DNA of 64,000 nt, taken from an uncultured delta proteobacterium (GTDB lineage: Bacteria; Myxococcota_A; Polyangia; Polyangiales; Polyangiaceae). The translations under genes and the position numbers were made by a program. The stretch spans positions 1 to 64,000 of the forward strand of contig CAVQUB010000033.1 in NCBI GenBank assembly GCA_963716725.1, in the 5' to 3' direction. The notes under the pieces are model-generated. The model was not told the origin of the DNA. It saw nothing but the letters and a program-made list of their open reading frames with translations, and made no database searches. Shown in pieces: positions 39,020 through 47,698 of this stretch (its first letter is position 1; every line of letters starts with the position of its first letter).

Positions 39020-40053
39020 GATCCCGCGCGGCGGCGCTCGTCGCGCTCTCGACCTTGGCGGCGCGGGCCCAAGAAGCGACCCCTCCGCCCGTGCCCGCGC
39101 CCTCGATCGCGCCCTCGGCCGCACCCACGCCTCCGATCGTGCCCGCACCCGCACCACCGAGCGCACCCGCGACCCCTCCCGACCCCCCAGCCATGGGTCC
39201 TCCCGTCGCCGTCTTCAACGTGCACCTGGCGCCGGGCATCGATCCCAGCCTGACCTCGCTGGTGGAGCGACAACTCGTCAAGAGCGCGCGCGAGCTCGGT
39301 TATTCGATCACCGATCCGCAGACGACGGCGCGAGTGCTCGCCGGGATGTCCGGCGGGCTGACGGCCGATCGCGCCTCCGCGCTGGTGCGCGACAGCGGAT
39401 CCGCCTTCGGTCTGTTCGCGAGCGTGACCAGCCTGCCGGGCCGCTATCGCGTCAGCGTGCAGGTGGCGCCGCGGGACGGTCCCGCCCGGACCGCCGAGGC
39501 CTCCGGGGTCTCGTCGGATCTGTACGCGTCGATCGACGTGGCGCTGCGTTCGATCTTGCCGGCGCCCGCGCCGCCTGCGCAGTCCGCGCCCGCACTGGCG
39601 CCTGCACTGGCGCCCTCTTCCGAGCCTTGGCCCGATGGCAGATTTCGTCTCGCCTTCGGTGGGGCTGCGGCCTTCGGCGTTTCACCGGGGCCCTTTCAGA
39701 ACTATCTCGCGGGCCTGCGCGCCGATCGCCGATTCAGCGACGACGCCTCCCTCGGCGTTGGCGTGTACTACGCCAACCTGAAGGGCAAGGACGGTCGCGC
39801 GCACAACTGGTTGCCCTGGGCGCTCTTCGAATATCGCGTGGATCTCGGGGCCGGCTGGGCGCTGCCGTTCCGTTTCGCCAGCGGCTATTTGCCCAAGAAC
39901 GGCCCCGTCGTGAAGACCGCCGTCGGTGTCGCGCTGCCGATCGGCGACGACCTCGAAATCAGCACCGAGCTCTTCGCCCCGACGGTGTGGATCACCCACG
40001 AACGCGCGGTGGTGTCGCTGGATGTCGCGGCCGAGGTCGGTATCACGTTCTGA
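39016..40053 (+). CDS. Secreted protein with C-terminal putative beta-barrel
   Basis: GTG overlaps the upstream stop; signal peptide ARA-Q; Pro linkers; terminal AEVGITF (OMP-like terminal Phe). Confidence 0.75.
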   Translation: MRSRAAALVALSTLAARAQEATPPPVPAPSIAPSAAPTPPIVPAPAPPSAPATPPDPPAMGPPVAVFNVHLAPGIDPSLTSLVERQLVKSARELGYSITDPQTTARVLAGMSGGLTADRASALVRDSGSAFGLFASVTSLPGRYRVSVQVAPRDGPARTAEASGVSSDLYASIDVALRSILPAPAPPAQSAPALAPALAPSSEPWPDGRFRLAFGGAAAFGVSPGPFQNYLAGLRADRRFSDDASLGVGVYYANLKGKDGRAHNWLPWALFEYRVDLGAGWALPFRFASGYLPKNGPVVKTAVGVALPIGDDLEISTELFAPTVWITHERAVVSLDVAAEVGITF

Positions 40054-40068
40054 GCGCACAGCTTCGCG

Positions 40069-40084
40069 CGGCACGCACTTTGCT
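40069..40084 (+). promoter_or_regulatory. Sigma54 promoter (-24/-12)
   Basis: CGGCACG-cact-TTGCT matches YGGCACG-N4-TTGCW; intergenic and oriented towards 40205. Confidence 0.6.
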
Positions 40085-40204
40085 GGAGTTTGTTAGAGGC
40101 TGAACTGGCGTAGCGGGTTGCGTTCGCACCGGGTGAGCGAACACAATGCGGCCTTCGGGCCCTACCGATCGATGTGGCTCGGGCTTAGGTGTTTGGGGGA
40201 GACC

Positions 40205-40714
40205 ATGGAAAACGCCAAACCGCACGTCTTGCATCGCGTGGACGCGGTGGCCTTCGTGGAGAACGACATCGTCGCGTGTCGCACCTTCGAGATCGGGGTC
40301 GACGGAGCCAGCGTGAGCGCGGCCGCGCCTCACGCCACCGGGACCTTCGTTCGCCTCCAGTGCCACCTCGACGAGACCCACTGGTTGGACGCCGACGCGG
40401 TGCTGAACGAATGCACGCGCTACGGGGACGAATGGCATTGGCGGCTGCACTTCGTCTGCGTGAAGGCGCCCTCGCCCAGTGCTTTCGACCTCTTCCTCCG
40501 ACAGCGGGTGCGCCCCGTGTCGACCCAAGCACCGGCGCGTGGATTGGGACCACAGGCCAGTCCGAAGCCGACCCGCCCTCGGGAGTCTTCGCCGCCGCCG
40601 CGCCCGACCGGCCCGCCGCCTCGGCACCGGAGCGGCCCCGCGCCGGTCGCCTCGGATCAGGAGCTGGCCGCGCTGTATCGGGAAGCCCTCGACGCGCTGA
40701 AGACCAAGCGCTGA
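40205..40714 (+). CDS. Degenerate PilZ-like domain protein
   Basis: SD GGAG; CRTFEIGVDGASV (cf. D/NxSxxG), FVRLQCHL, WRLHF beta pattern; Pro-rich tail. Confidence 0.5.
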   Translation: MENAKPHVLHRVDAVAFVENDIVACRTFEIGVDGASVSAAAPHATGTFVRLQCHLDETHWLDADAVLNECTRYGDEWHWRLHFVCVKAPSPSAFDLFLRQRVRPVSTQAPARGLGPQASPKPTRPRESSPPPRPTGPPPRHRSGPAPVASDQELAALYREALDALKTKR

Positions 40715-40725
40715 CTCTCTGAGCT

Positions 40726-41229
40726 TCACTCCGCCGGTGGGGGCGCCACGACCACCGAGTCGATGAGCCAGCCGTCTTTGGTCTTGGCAAACCCAAAGCT
40801 GACCCGGCGCTGGTCGCGTTGGGTCCCGCTGCCTCGGTCTCCGACCAGAGTGGCGCTGCCGCTCACCATCGCGCTGGAGCCGCCAGCGATCAGGTCCACC
40901 GAGCTCGCGTCGATCTCGACGTCCGCGCTGCGGAAGATGGTGCCGGCGCGGGTCGCCACCCCCACGAGTTCGGTCCGACCGGAGGAGATCTGCGTGAGCT
41001 CCGAAATGTCGACCCGCACGTTGGGCACGAAGAGCTTCTCGAATTTGTCGTGGAGGCGCTTGCCGCGAAAGATCGGGTTCTCGTCGGGACCGGACACGCG
41101 CACGGCCTGGGCGAGCTGGTCGAGTTGCTCGCGGATCAGCTCCTCGTCGGACTTCTTGGCGAAGACCGCGTAGAGCAGGATCGCGATGCCGAGCACGGCG
41201 GCGGCCACGGCGAGCGCGCGCCGATTCAC
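40726..41229 (-). CDS. Membrane-anchored hypothetical protein (NTF2-like)
   Basis: N-terminal TM, SDEELIR helix, terminal FGFAKTKDGWLIDSV strand. Confidence 0.7.
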   Translation of the reverse strand: MNRRALAVAAAVLGIAILLYAVFAKKSDEELIREQLDQLAQAVRVSGPDENPIFRGKRLHDKFEKLFVPNVRVDISELTQISSGRTELVGVATRAGTIFRSADVEIDASSVDLIAGGSSAMVSGSATLVGDRGSGTQRDQRRVSFGFAKTKDGWLIDSVVVAPPPAE

Positions 41230-42264
41230 TCAGTTCCTCGCGAGCTTCACGCGCCAGTCTACAGGCAGATCCAAGAAGCCCTCGAGGCACAAGAAGTCGT
41301 AGATGCCATCGCAGATGACCTCGGCGGTATCGCTGAACAGGTGCGGATCGGTGAAGAAGCGCACGGTCTCTTCGAGGAACGCCTCTTCGCTGTTCGACAG
41401 GCGCGCGAGCAACTCATCGCCGCAGTAGTTGACCATCTGCTCCATGAAGATCCGCTCCCAATGGGCGCGAAACTCGGGAAATTGGCTGCTCAGGACCTTG
41501 TAGTTGACGGCCCCGGCGCCGCGGCCCGTTTCGGCGGAGCGCAGGGTCGCGCGGCACATGGCCTCGAGGCGTGGGGGCAGGTGCTTCTGCAAGAACTCGA
41601 GCAGCACGCTGCTGTGGATGTGCATGACCCGGTTGAGCTCGGGGGACCGTCGCGACAGGAAGCCGACCTGCAGATCGCGCTCCATCTTGGTGAGCAGCTC
41701 GAGCGTGAGCTGCTTGACGTCGTTGCTGGCGTACTCGAATCCGTCGAGCTCGGCGCGCAGGCGGTTCTTGTACCGACTCAGCACGTAATACACGCCTTGT
41801 TCGGGGTGGCGGATGATGCGGTCCTTGTCGCCGCGGGTCTTCTCGTGCAGCTCGCTCTCGAAGAACAGCTTGGCGATCCGCCGTCCGATGGTCTTCAGGT
41901 TCTGCGTCGCGAAATTGCCCTCGACGGCGAACAGTCTCGCCAAGAGCCGCGACATGGTCTTGGTCTGTTGATCCTCGAGCAGGTCGGGTGAGGAATCAGG
42001 ACTCGCGCTGGAGCCCAGCGCGGCTTGCATGCCCTTGATCTGGGCGACGACCTGGGCCGTGATGGCGTCGAGCTCCGGGCTGGTCTCGAGCTCGCCTTTG
42101 TAGTGGACGATGCGCGCTTGGACCTGCTCGTTGAGCAAACCCAGCGCCTGGAAGGTCAGCTTCTGCTTGTCGGTCTCCGACATGGTCGGCTGATCGCGCC
42201 GTGGTGGCGGTGGGCGCTGGGGGGGCTTCGGCGGAGGCTTTCGGGGCGGCGCGTCGTCGGTCAC
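41230..42264 (-). CDS. Hypothetical cytoplasmic helical protein
   Basis: Strong coding bias; start GTG 42264 or ATG 42183. Confidence 0.75.
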   Translation of the reverse strand: MTDDAPPRKPPPKPPQRPPPPRRDQPTMSETDKQKLTFQALGLLNEQVQARIVHYKGELETSPELDAITAQVVAQIKGMQAALGSSASPDSSPDLLEDQQTKTMSRLLARLFAVEGNFATQNLKTIGRRIAKLFFESELHEKTRGDKDRIIRHPEQGVYYVLSRYKNRLRAELDGFEYASNDVKQLTLELLTKMERDLQVGFLSRRSPELNRVMHIHSSVLLEFLQKHLPPRLEAMCRATLRSAETGRGAGAVNYKVLSSQFPEFRAHWERIFMEQMVNYCGDELLARLSNSEEAFLEETVRFFTDPHLFSDTAEVICDGIYDFLCLEGFLDLPVDWRVKLARN

Positions 42265-42354
42265 AATCGCGGAGGATAGCCGAGCTCCGCCCGAGAGTCG
42301 CCCTGGTCGTATGCGCGGTCGCCGGCCGCCCGACCTTGAGGTAGCGTCGCGGCC

Positions 42355-44454
42355 ATGCGCCTTGGAATTCGCCCCCTCGTTTTGACCAGTCTGCTCGGCT
42401 TGCTCGCCATCGGCTGCGCTCGCGGCCCCAACGTCTCGACCGATCAGCTCCCGCTCAAGCGCGTGGTCGTGTATCGGAACGGCGTCGGCTACTTCGAGCG
42501 GTCGGGCCACGTGGACGCGGACGCCGTGACCTTCAAGATGCGGCAGCGCATGGTCGGGGATTTCTTGGCCACGCTAGCCATCGTCGAGCGGGGCGGTAGC
42601 TCGGTGCGCTCCGCGTCCTTCCCGCTGGAGATCGAGGACGACGACGACGATACGCAGCTGGATCCGCGGCTGCAAAGCATGCTCAAGCCCTGGCCGGGCC
42701 CGCCGAAGAAGAAGGAAGAGAACCCACTGCGCGAGGTGATTTTGCGCCTCGACGGCAAAGAACACGATCTCTCCATCGGCTACGTCTCCGAGACGCCGGT
42801 GTGGCGGCCGTCGTACCGGCTCGTGGTGCAAGAGAGCGGCAACGCGGATCTGCAGACCTGGGGCATCGTGCAAAACGTGTCCGGAGAGGAGTGGAAGGAC
42901 GTCGACCTGGTGCTGGTGGCCGGTGCGCCGCTCGCCTTCGAGTCGACGCTTGGCGATCCGGTCATCCCCCAGCGGCCCATCGTGACCGACACCGGTGAGG
43001 TGATCGCCGCGGTGCCCACCGGAGTGACCAGCCTCGGGCAGCGCAAGAACGCGGAGCTCGAGCGCTTTGGGGGTGAGAGCGCCGACCAGCCGGCGCCCAG
43101 CGAGCAGATGGGCGAAGGCGGCCTCGGACTTCGGGGTACGGGGCGCGGCGGCGGCGGGAAGGGGGACGCAGCCCCAGAGGACCTCGAGGAAGCCGACGAG
43201 GACCAGGGCAAGGAGGCGGCCGATCGCAGCGGAAAGTACAAGGACAAGAAACCCGCGCCCAAGCGCGCGGCTTCGAAATCCGTCCGCTACCCCGGCGCGC
43301 CTCCCGCCGCCGAGCCGGCCCCGAGCGGCGCAGCGGGGCCCCGTCCGCCGAGCCCCGACCAGCGTCGGCGCATGGCCCTCGAAGAGGCGAAACGCGAAGG
43401 GCTCTCGGCTCCGCGACGCATGAGCGCGCTGGCGGCGGTGGCTGTCGAGGCCGGCGCGACTCGCTACGAGATCCCGACCCCGATCACCGTCCCCAATGAG
43501 AGCGCCACCATGGTGCTGCTCTTGAACAAACGCGTGCCCGGGGAGGCCGTGTTCCTCTTTGCGCCCGATGGCGGCGTGCCCCAGTCGACCACCCACCCGT
43601 TCCGAGTGGCGCGCTTCACCAACGCGACCAATGGCTTGCTCGAGCGCGGCCCCATCGCCGTCTTCGAGAAGGGATCGTTCCTGGGTCAGGGCATGCTCGA
43701 TTCGCTGCCGCCGAAAGCGACCGCGGTCGTGCCCTTCGCGCTCGAGCGAAGCCTCGCGGTGGCCATCGACCGCAAGTACGACGAGCAAGGCGCCCGCGTG
43801 TTCAAGATCGAAGCCGGAGAGCTGTGGATCGAGCGCGACAGTGTGCAGAAGACCCTGTACACGGTCTCGAACGGCGGGGACAAACCCGGCAAGGTGCTGG
43901 TCAAGCATGCCCGCGCGGCGGGCACGCGCTTGTTCAAGCCAGCGCCTGGCACCGAAGACAACGCCGGCCTCGGGCATGCGCTGGTGCCGATGAGCGTCAA
44001 GGCCTACGGCAAGAGCGAGCTCACCGTCGACGAGCGGCGCGCTCACCAACAGATCGCGAGCTGGCTGTCGCCGCTGGCTGACGAGGCAGTGAAGGCGTTC
44101 CTTGCGGACAGCCGCGCCAGCGCGCAGGTGCAAGCTCAACTCAAGAACGCCTGGGCGGTCCGCGAGGTTTGGAAGAAGAGCGTGGACGAACAGCGCAAGC
44201 TGGTCGACGAGCAGGCAGAGCTCGAGAAGGCCGCAAACGAGACGCGCCTTTCGCTGCGGGCCATCGAGAAGAACACCCAAGCCGCGGATCTGCGCGTCAA
44301 GCTCACCAAACGGCTCGACGAGGTCACCCGGCGCATGGAGCAGATCACCAAGCGGCTGATCGAGGTGAAGATGGCGATGAACGAACAGGAAGTGCGCTTC
44401 CGGGACGCCGTCCGCGAGATCAAGCTCCTGGCGCCCCCGCCGCCCAAAGACTGA
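42355..44454 (+). CDS. DUF4139/DUF4140-like lipoprotein with C-terminal coiled coil
   Basis: Lipobox AIGC; LPLKRVVVYRNGVGYFER, PVWRPSYRL, WGIVQNVSGEEWKDVDLVLVAGAP. Confidence 0.85.
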   Translation: MRLGIRPLVLTSLLGLLAIGCARGPNVSTDQLPLKRVVVYRNGVGYFERSGHVDADAVTFKMRQRMVGDFLATLAIVERGGSSVRSASFPLEIEDDDDDTQLDPRLQSMLKPWPGPPKKKEENPLREVILRLDGKEHDLSIGYVSETPVWRPSYRLVVQESGNADLQTWGIVQNVSGEEWKDVDLVLVAGAPLAFESTLGDPVIPQRPIVTDTGEVIAAVPTGVTSLGQRKNAELERFGGESADQPAPSEQMGEGGLGLRGTGRGGGGKGDAAPEDLEEADEDQGKEAADRSGKYKDKKPAPKRAASKSVRYPGAPPAAEPAPSGAAGPRPPSPDQRRRMALEEAKREGLSAPRRMSALAAVAVEAGATRYEIPTPITVPNESATMVLLLNKRVPGEAVFLFAPDGGVPQSTTHPFRVARFTNATNGLLERGPIAVFEKGSFLGQGMLDSLPPKATAVVPFALERSLAVAIDRKYDEQGARVFKIEAGELWIERDSVQKTLYTVSNGGDKPGKVLVKHARAAGTRLFKPAPGTEDNAGLGHALVPMSVKAYGKSELTVDERRAHQQIASWLSPLADEAVKAFLADSRASAQVQAQLKNAWAVREVWKKSVDEQRKLVDEQAELEKAANETRLSLRAIEKNTQAADLRVKLTKRLDEVTRRMEQITKRLIEVKMAMNEQEVRFRDAVREIKLLAPPPPKD

Positions 44455-44500
44455 CGGACCGGGTTGACAAAGCTGACCTTAGGTAGCATTTGAAGCCCGC

Positions 44501-44752
44501 ATGATGGCGCCGGAAGCGGTTCAAGCCCTGCTCACGCAGGCCTTCCCCGACGGGGACATCCACGTCGAGGACACGACGGGGACCCTCGATCATTTTGAAG
44601 CTCGCATCGTCTCCGAGGCGTTTGCGGGCAAGAGCCGCATCGAGCAGCATCAGCTGGTGTACGCCGCCCTGGGCGAAGCGATGCACGGCCCCATTCACGC
44701 GCTCGCACTCAAGACCTACACCCCAGAGGCGTGGGCCAAGATCAAAGGTTAG
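44501..44752 (+). CDS. bolA: BolA/IbaG family protein
   Basis: DHFEARIVSEAFAGKSRIEQHQLVYAAL, IHALALKT. Confidence 0.95.
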   Translation: MMAPEAVQALLTQAFPDGDIHVEDTTGTLDHFEARIVSEAFAGKSRIEQHQLVYAALGEAMHGPIHALALKTYTPEAWAKIKG

Positions 44753-44755
44753 GCC

Positions 44756-45070
44756 ATGGACGACACACTCCGTCAGAAGATTCAGGAAACCATCGGTGAG
44801 AGCGGCGTCGTGCTGTTCATGAAGGGCAGCAAGATCTTCCCCCAGTGCGGCTTCTCGGCCCGCGTGGTGCAAGTCCTCAAGGAGGTCGGCACCGACTTCC
44901 GCGACGTGAACATCTTGAACGACCCCGATCTGCGTGAGGGGCTGAAGGCCTACTCGAATTGGCCGACCTTTCCCCAGCTGTACGTGAACGGGAAGCTCAT
45001 CGGTGGCTGCGACATCGTGAACGAGATGTTCGAGAACGGCGAGCTCGCCGGGCTGGTCAAGAAGTCCTGA
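44756..45070 (+). CDS. grxD: Monothiol glutaredoxin Grx4
   Basis: LFMKG, PQCGFS, WPTFPQLYVNGKLIGGCDI. Confidence 0.97.
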   Translation: MDDTLRQKIQETIGESGVVLFMKGSKIFPQCGFSARVVQVLKEVGTDFRDVNILNDPDLREGLKAYSNWPTFPQLYVNGKLIGGCDIVNEMFENGELAGLVKKS

Positions 45071-45171
45071 GCGGGGCCGATCGCCGTCCTGGCTTCGGGC
45101 AAGGTCGTGCGCCTCTGGCAGAGCCGCGGCGGGGCGAACTACGACTGGCCCGACGCGTTCGGCGCCGGGCT

Positions 45172-45282
45172 GAGGATCTCGGCGTCACGGGCAACGCCCT
45201 GACGAAGGAAGGCATCGCGGCGCTGAAGAGCAGCCCGCACTTCTCCAAGACGACGATCGCCGTCGACGCCCCGAACCCCTAG
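45172..45282 (+). pseudogene. Possible C-terminal LRR-protein fragment
   Basis: DLGVTGNALTKEGIAALKSSPHF resembles an RNI-like LRR unit; no start or upstream body. Confidence 0.3.
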
Positions 45283-45405
45283 CGTGGCTCCCGGGAGGCG
45301 CTGCGTCCGCCGGACTACGCGCTCGTCCGCGTCGTTCCGCCCTCGTGCTGGGCGCTGCCGAATCCGATCTGGAGATGTCCTGAGGTGACGCATCCGAGTG
45401 AGCGC

Positions 45406-46560
45406 TCACTCGGTGCAGCACACCGTCGTTGGCCCCGTCGGTGTCACCGTCCCGTTTGGCGCGCCGCCGCTCTGTTGGCACGTCGCCCCAACCAGGCTGG
45501 CGTTCGCGACGAAGTACCCCGAGCCCGGCGGCTTGGGGACGCAGCCGGGCACCGCTCCCGATCCCAAGTTGTTGCCCGTGCAGCCTACACCCGACCGCAG
45601 CGCGAGCGTGCCCTGGCAGCTGCCGCCGCTGGGGGTTCCGCAAGAGCAGGCGCTGCACCCCCGCGTGTCATCGGCGCCACCGTAGACCACCCTGCGCTTG
45701 GCGTAGGGCCCGGCTGGACATGGCAAATCGCCCGCCTGCCGCACGCACGCCCCGGAAGCGAACGGCGCGCCCGGCTGCGGGACACAGACGTTACCGCCCG
45801 CGCAGCCGCCGGGTGCCAGTGAGAGCGAGCCGCAGCCGAGCACCGCCAATTTCCAACTCGGGGAAGGTGGAGCCACGGTGTTCTCGACCGCCGCGCACGA
45901 AGCGCTGCTGGTGGCGGTCACGCTGGCTTTCCACGCTACGATCGGCGCGGTGTTGGCCGTGGAGCAGGTGCCGGAGATGTAGGGGTAGCAGGTCCCGAAC
46001 TCGAGGGAATTCGAGCCGCCGGCGCAAGATGGAGCGGGGCAGCTGGCTTGCGCGTAGTTCTGCAGGCTGTAGGAGCCCTTGCACGAGGTGCCCTTGAGCT
46101 CACAGGTGCACGAGCACTGCGCAGGATCGGGCGTCGCGAGGTCCGCGTTTGCTGCCAGCGCGCTCACGGCCATGGACGGCGGACAACCCGGCGCGGGGGC
46201 TTGACCCGAGTACAAGACGATCGGACCCGTCCATCCGGCCGGCGCGGGTGCCGCGCATACCCCTCCACCCTCGCAGCTCGCGGGCGCTCCGCCCGTACCG
46301 CCTGAGTTGCCCCCGCCGCCCGTCGCGCTACCAGCGGCACCGCCGGAGGCCGTTCCAGCGCTCCCACCCGTTCCGGCGCCGCCCACTGCGCCGGTTGCGC
46401 CGGTTGCGCCAGTTGCGCCAGTCCCGCTCGCCGCGGTTCCTCCTGCTCCTCCCGTCGCCGTACCGCCCCCACTGCCACCCGAGCCTCCTCCTGAGCACGC
46501 GGAGAAGAGACCGGTTGCGAAACACGACAGCAGGAACGCGAGGGACGGTCGAGCTAGCAT
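45406..46560 (-). CDS. Gly-linker Cys-rich lipoprotein
   Basis: SD AAAGGTGG; lipobox FSAC; PAGWTGP...C, DDTRGCSACSCG, PTTVCC. Confidence 0.85.
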   Translation of the reverse strand: MLARPSLAFLLSCFATGLFSACSGGGSGGSGGGTATGGAGGTAASGTGATGATGATGAVGGAGTGGSAGTASGGAAGSATGGGGNSGGTGGAPASCEGGGVCAAPAPAGWTGPIVLYSGQAPAPGCPPSMAVSALAANADLATPDPAQCSCTCELKGTSCKGSYSLQNYAQASCPAPSCAGGSNSLEFGTCYPYISGTCSTANTAPIVAWKASVTATSSASCAAVENTVAPPSPSWKLAVLGCGSLSLAPGGCAGGNVCVPQPGAPFASGACVRQAGDLPCPAGPYAKRRVVYGGADDTRGCSACSCGTPSGGSCQGTLALRSGVGCTGNNLGSGAVPGCVPKPPGSGYFVANASLVGATCQQSGGAPNGTVTPTGPTTVCCTE

Positions 46561-46758
46561 GAAACCACCTTTCGGAGACCATCATCTCACGCTGGGCGCG
46601 AGGAGGCTACGGCAAGCCCGGCGCGCAGGGCGAGCGCGGATGGTTGCACGGTCGTGATCGACTGCGCCGGAGAGATCCAGCACTACAGGTGAGTTGCAGG
46701 GCTGCGACGGAGTTCCGCGGAGTGGGGTGGGGCGCGGTCAGCCCCGCGACGGGAAGCA

Positions 46759-47586
46759 TCACGCTCCCATCGCGCCCTGGAGGCGCTGGTTTGGCGTCGC
46801 CGCGAGTGGAGGGGTCGCGCTCCGGCCGCCGGCGCGAATCATGCGCTTCCACGCGCGTCGGTCGCTTTGGCCGAGGTAACGCAGCCGGTCCCGCGCCAAG
46901 GCGGCGGCGGCGCGACTCGAGCTGCGGAGCGCGCACACCGCCAGGACCAGCGGTGGGAGCCGGGGCCCGATGGATCGGATGACGGCTTCGCGGTGGTCGG
47001 GATCTTCGCTGCCGAGCAGGACCCACGCTGCGGCCGCGCGAACCTCGGGCGTGCGTGCCGCGTTTCGAAATGACCCGAGCGCCAGCGCCCAGTCTCGGGC
47101 CTGCCTGCGGTACGCGTCCCCAAGCGAGGGGTCCGGGCCTGCGTCGACGCGTTCCAGCCAGTCTTCCAAGCGTGCGTCGCCGCGCTCGAACCCCGTCGGA
47201 CTGCCATCCGCCGAAGCGACTGCCGCCTCGATGGCCTCGAAAGTCTGTATGGCGCGGGCCGTCACGATGCCGTAACTGCGGCATAGCACGCTGCCGCGGG
47301 CATCGCGGGCGACCAGCTCCCGGCCTTCGAACTCGAGCCGGTCGATGCGACCGTAGGGCACGTAACGATGCACGAGTCCGAGCGTGTCGTCGGTCATCAG
47401 GCCCCCTTCGTCGAGGGTGAGGTTTTGGCGACGCAACATCCGGGCGAACACGAAAACGATCACACCTGGGCACGCCAGCAATGCGAAGAAAGGGTGCAGA
47501 GAGAACAGCACCACGCAAGTTCCCAGGGTGACCGCGACGTACCGCAGAATGACGCTAAATCGACCATCGCGCTTTTGGTCTTCCAT
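46759..47586 (-). CDS. Hypothetical membrane protein; paralogue of 23017..23916
   Basis: SD GGAGG; shared motif blocks with 23017..23916. Confidence 0.78.
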   Translation of the reverse strand: MEDQKRDGRFSVILRYVAVTLGTCVVLFSLHPFFALLACPGVIVFVFARMLRRQNLTLDEGGLMTDDTLGLVHRYVPYGRIDRLEFEGRELVARDARGSVLCRSYGIVTARAIQTFEAIEAAVASADGSPTGFERGDARLEDWLERVDAGPDPSLGDAYRRQARDWALALGSFRNAARTPEVRAAAAWVLLGSEDPDHREAVIRSIGPRLPPLVLAVCALRSSSRAAAALARDRLRYLGQSDRRAWKRMIRAGGRSATPPLAATPNQRLQGAMGA

Positions 47587-47698
47587 ACGATCCTCCGGGG
47601 CGGTGCGCAGAGCAGCGGCCCAGACGCTCCATCGGCGCGTGCCTCGGCCCAGTTGCGGCCAAAGTTTGGGTGGCCTGGTGGCCTGGCTCGATCTCGAT

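Noticed and set aside
44464..44489. TTGACA...TAGCAT as a sigma70 promoter for bolA-grxD
   Set aside because: Spacer is only 14 bp, so the pair cannot be supported, although either element may be real
44501..45070. bolA-grxD pairing as a novel system
   Set aside because: Well-known conserved Fe-S trafficking pair
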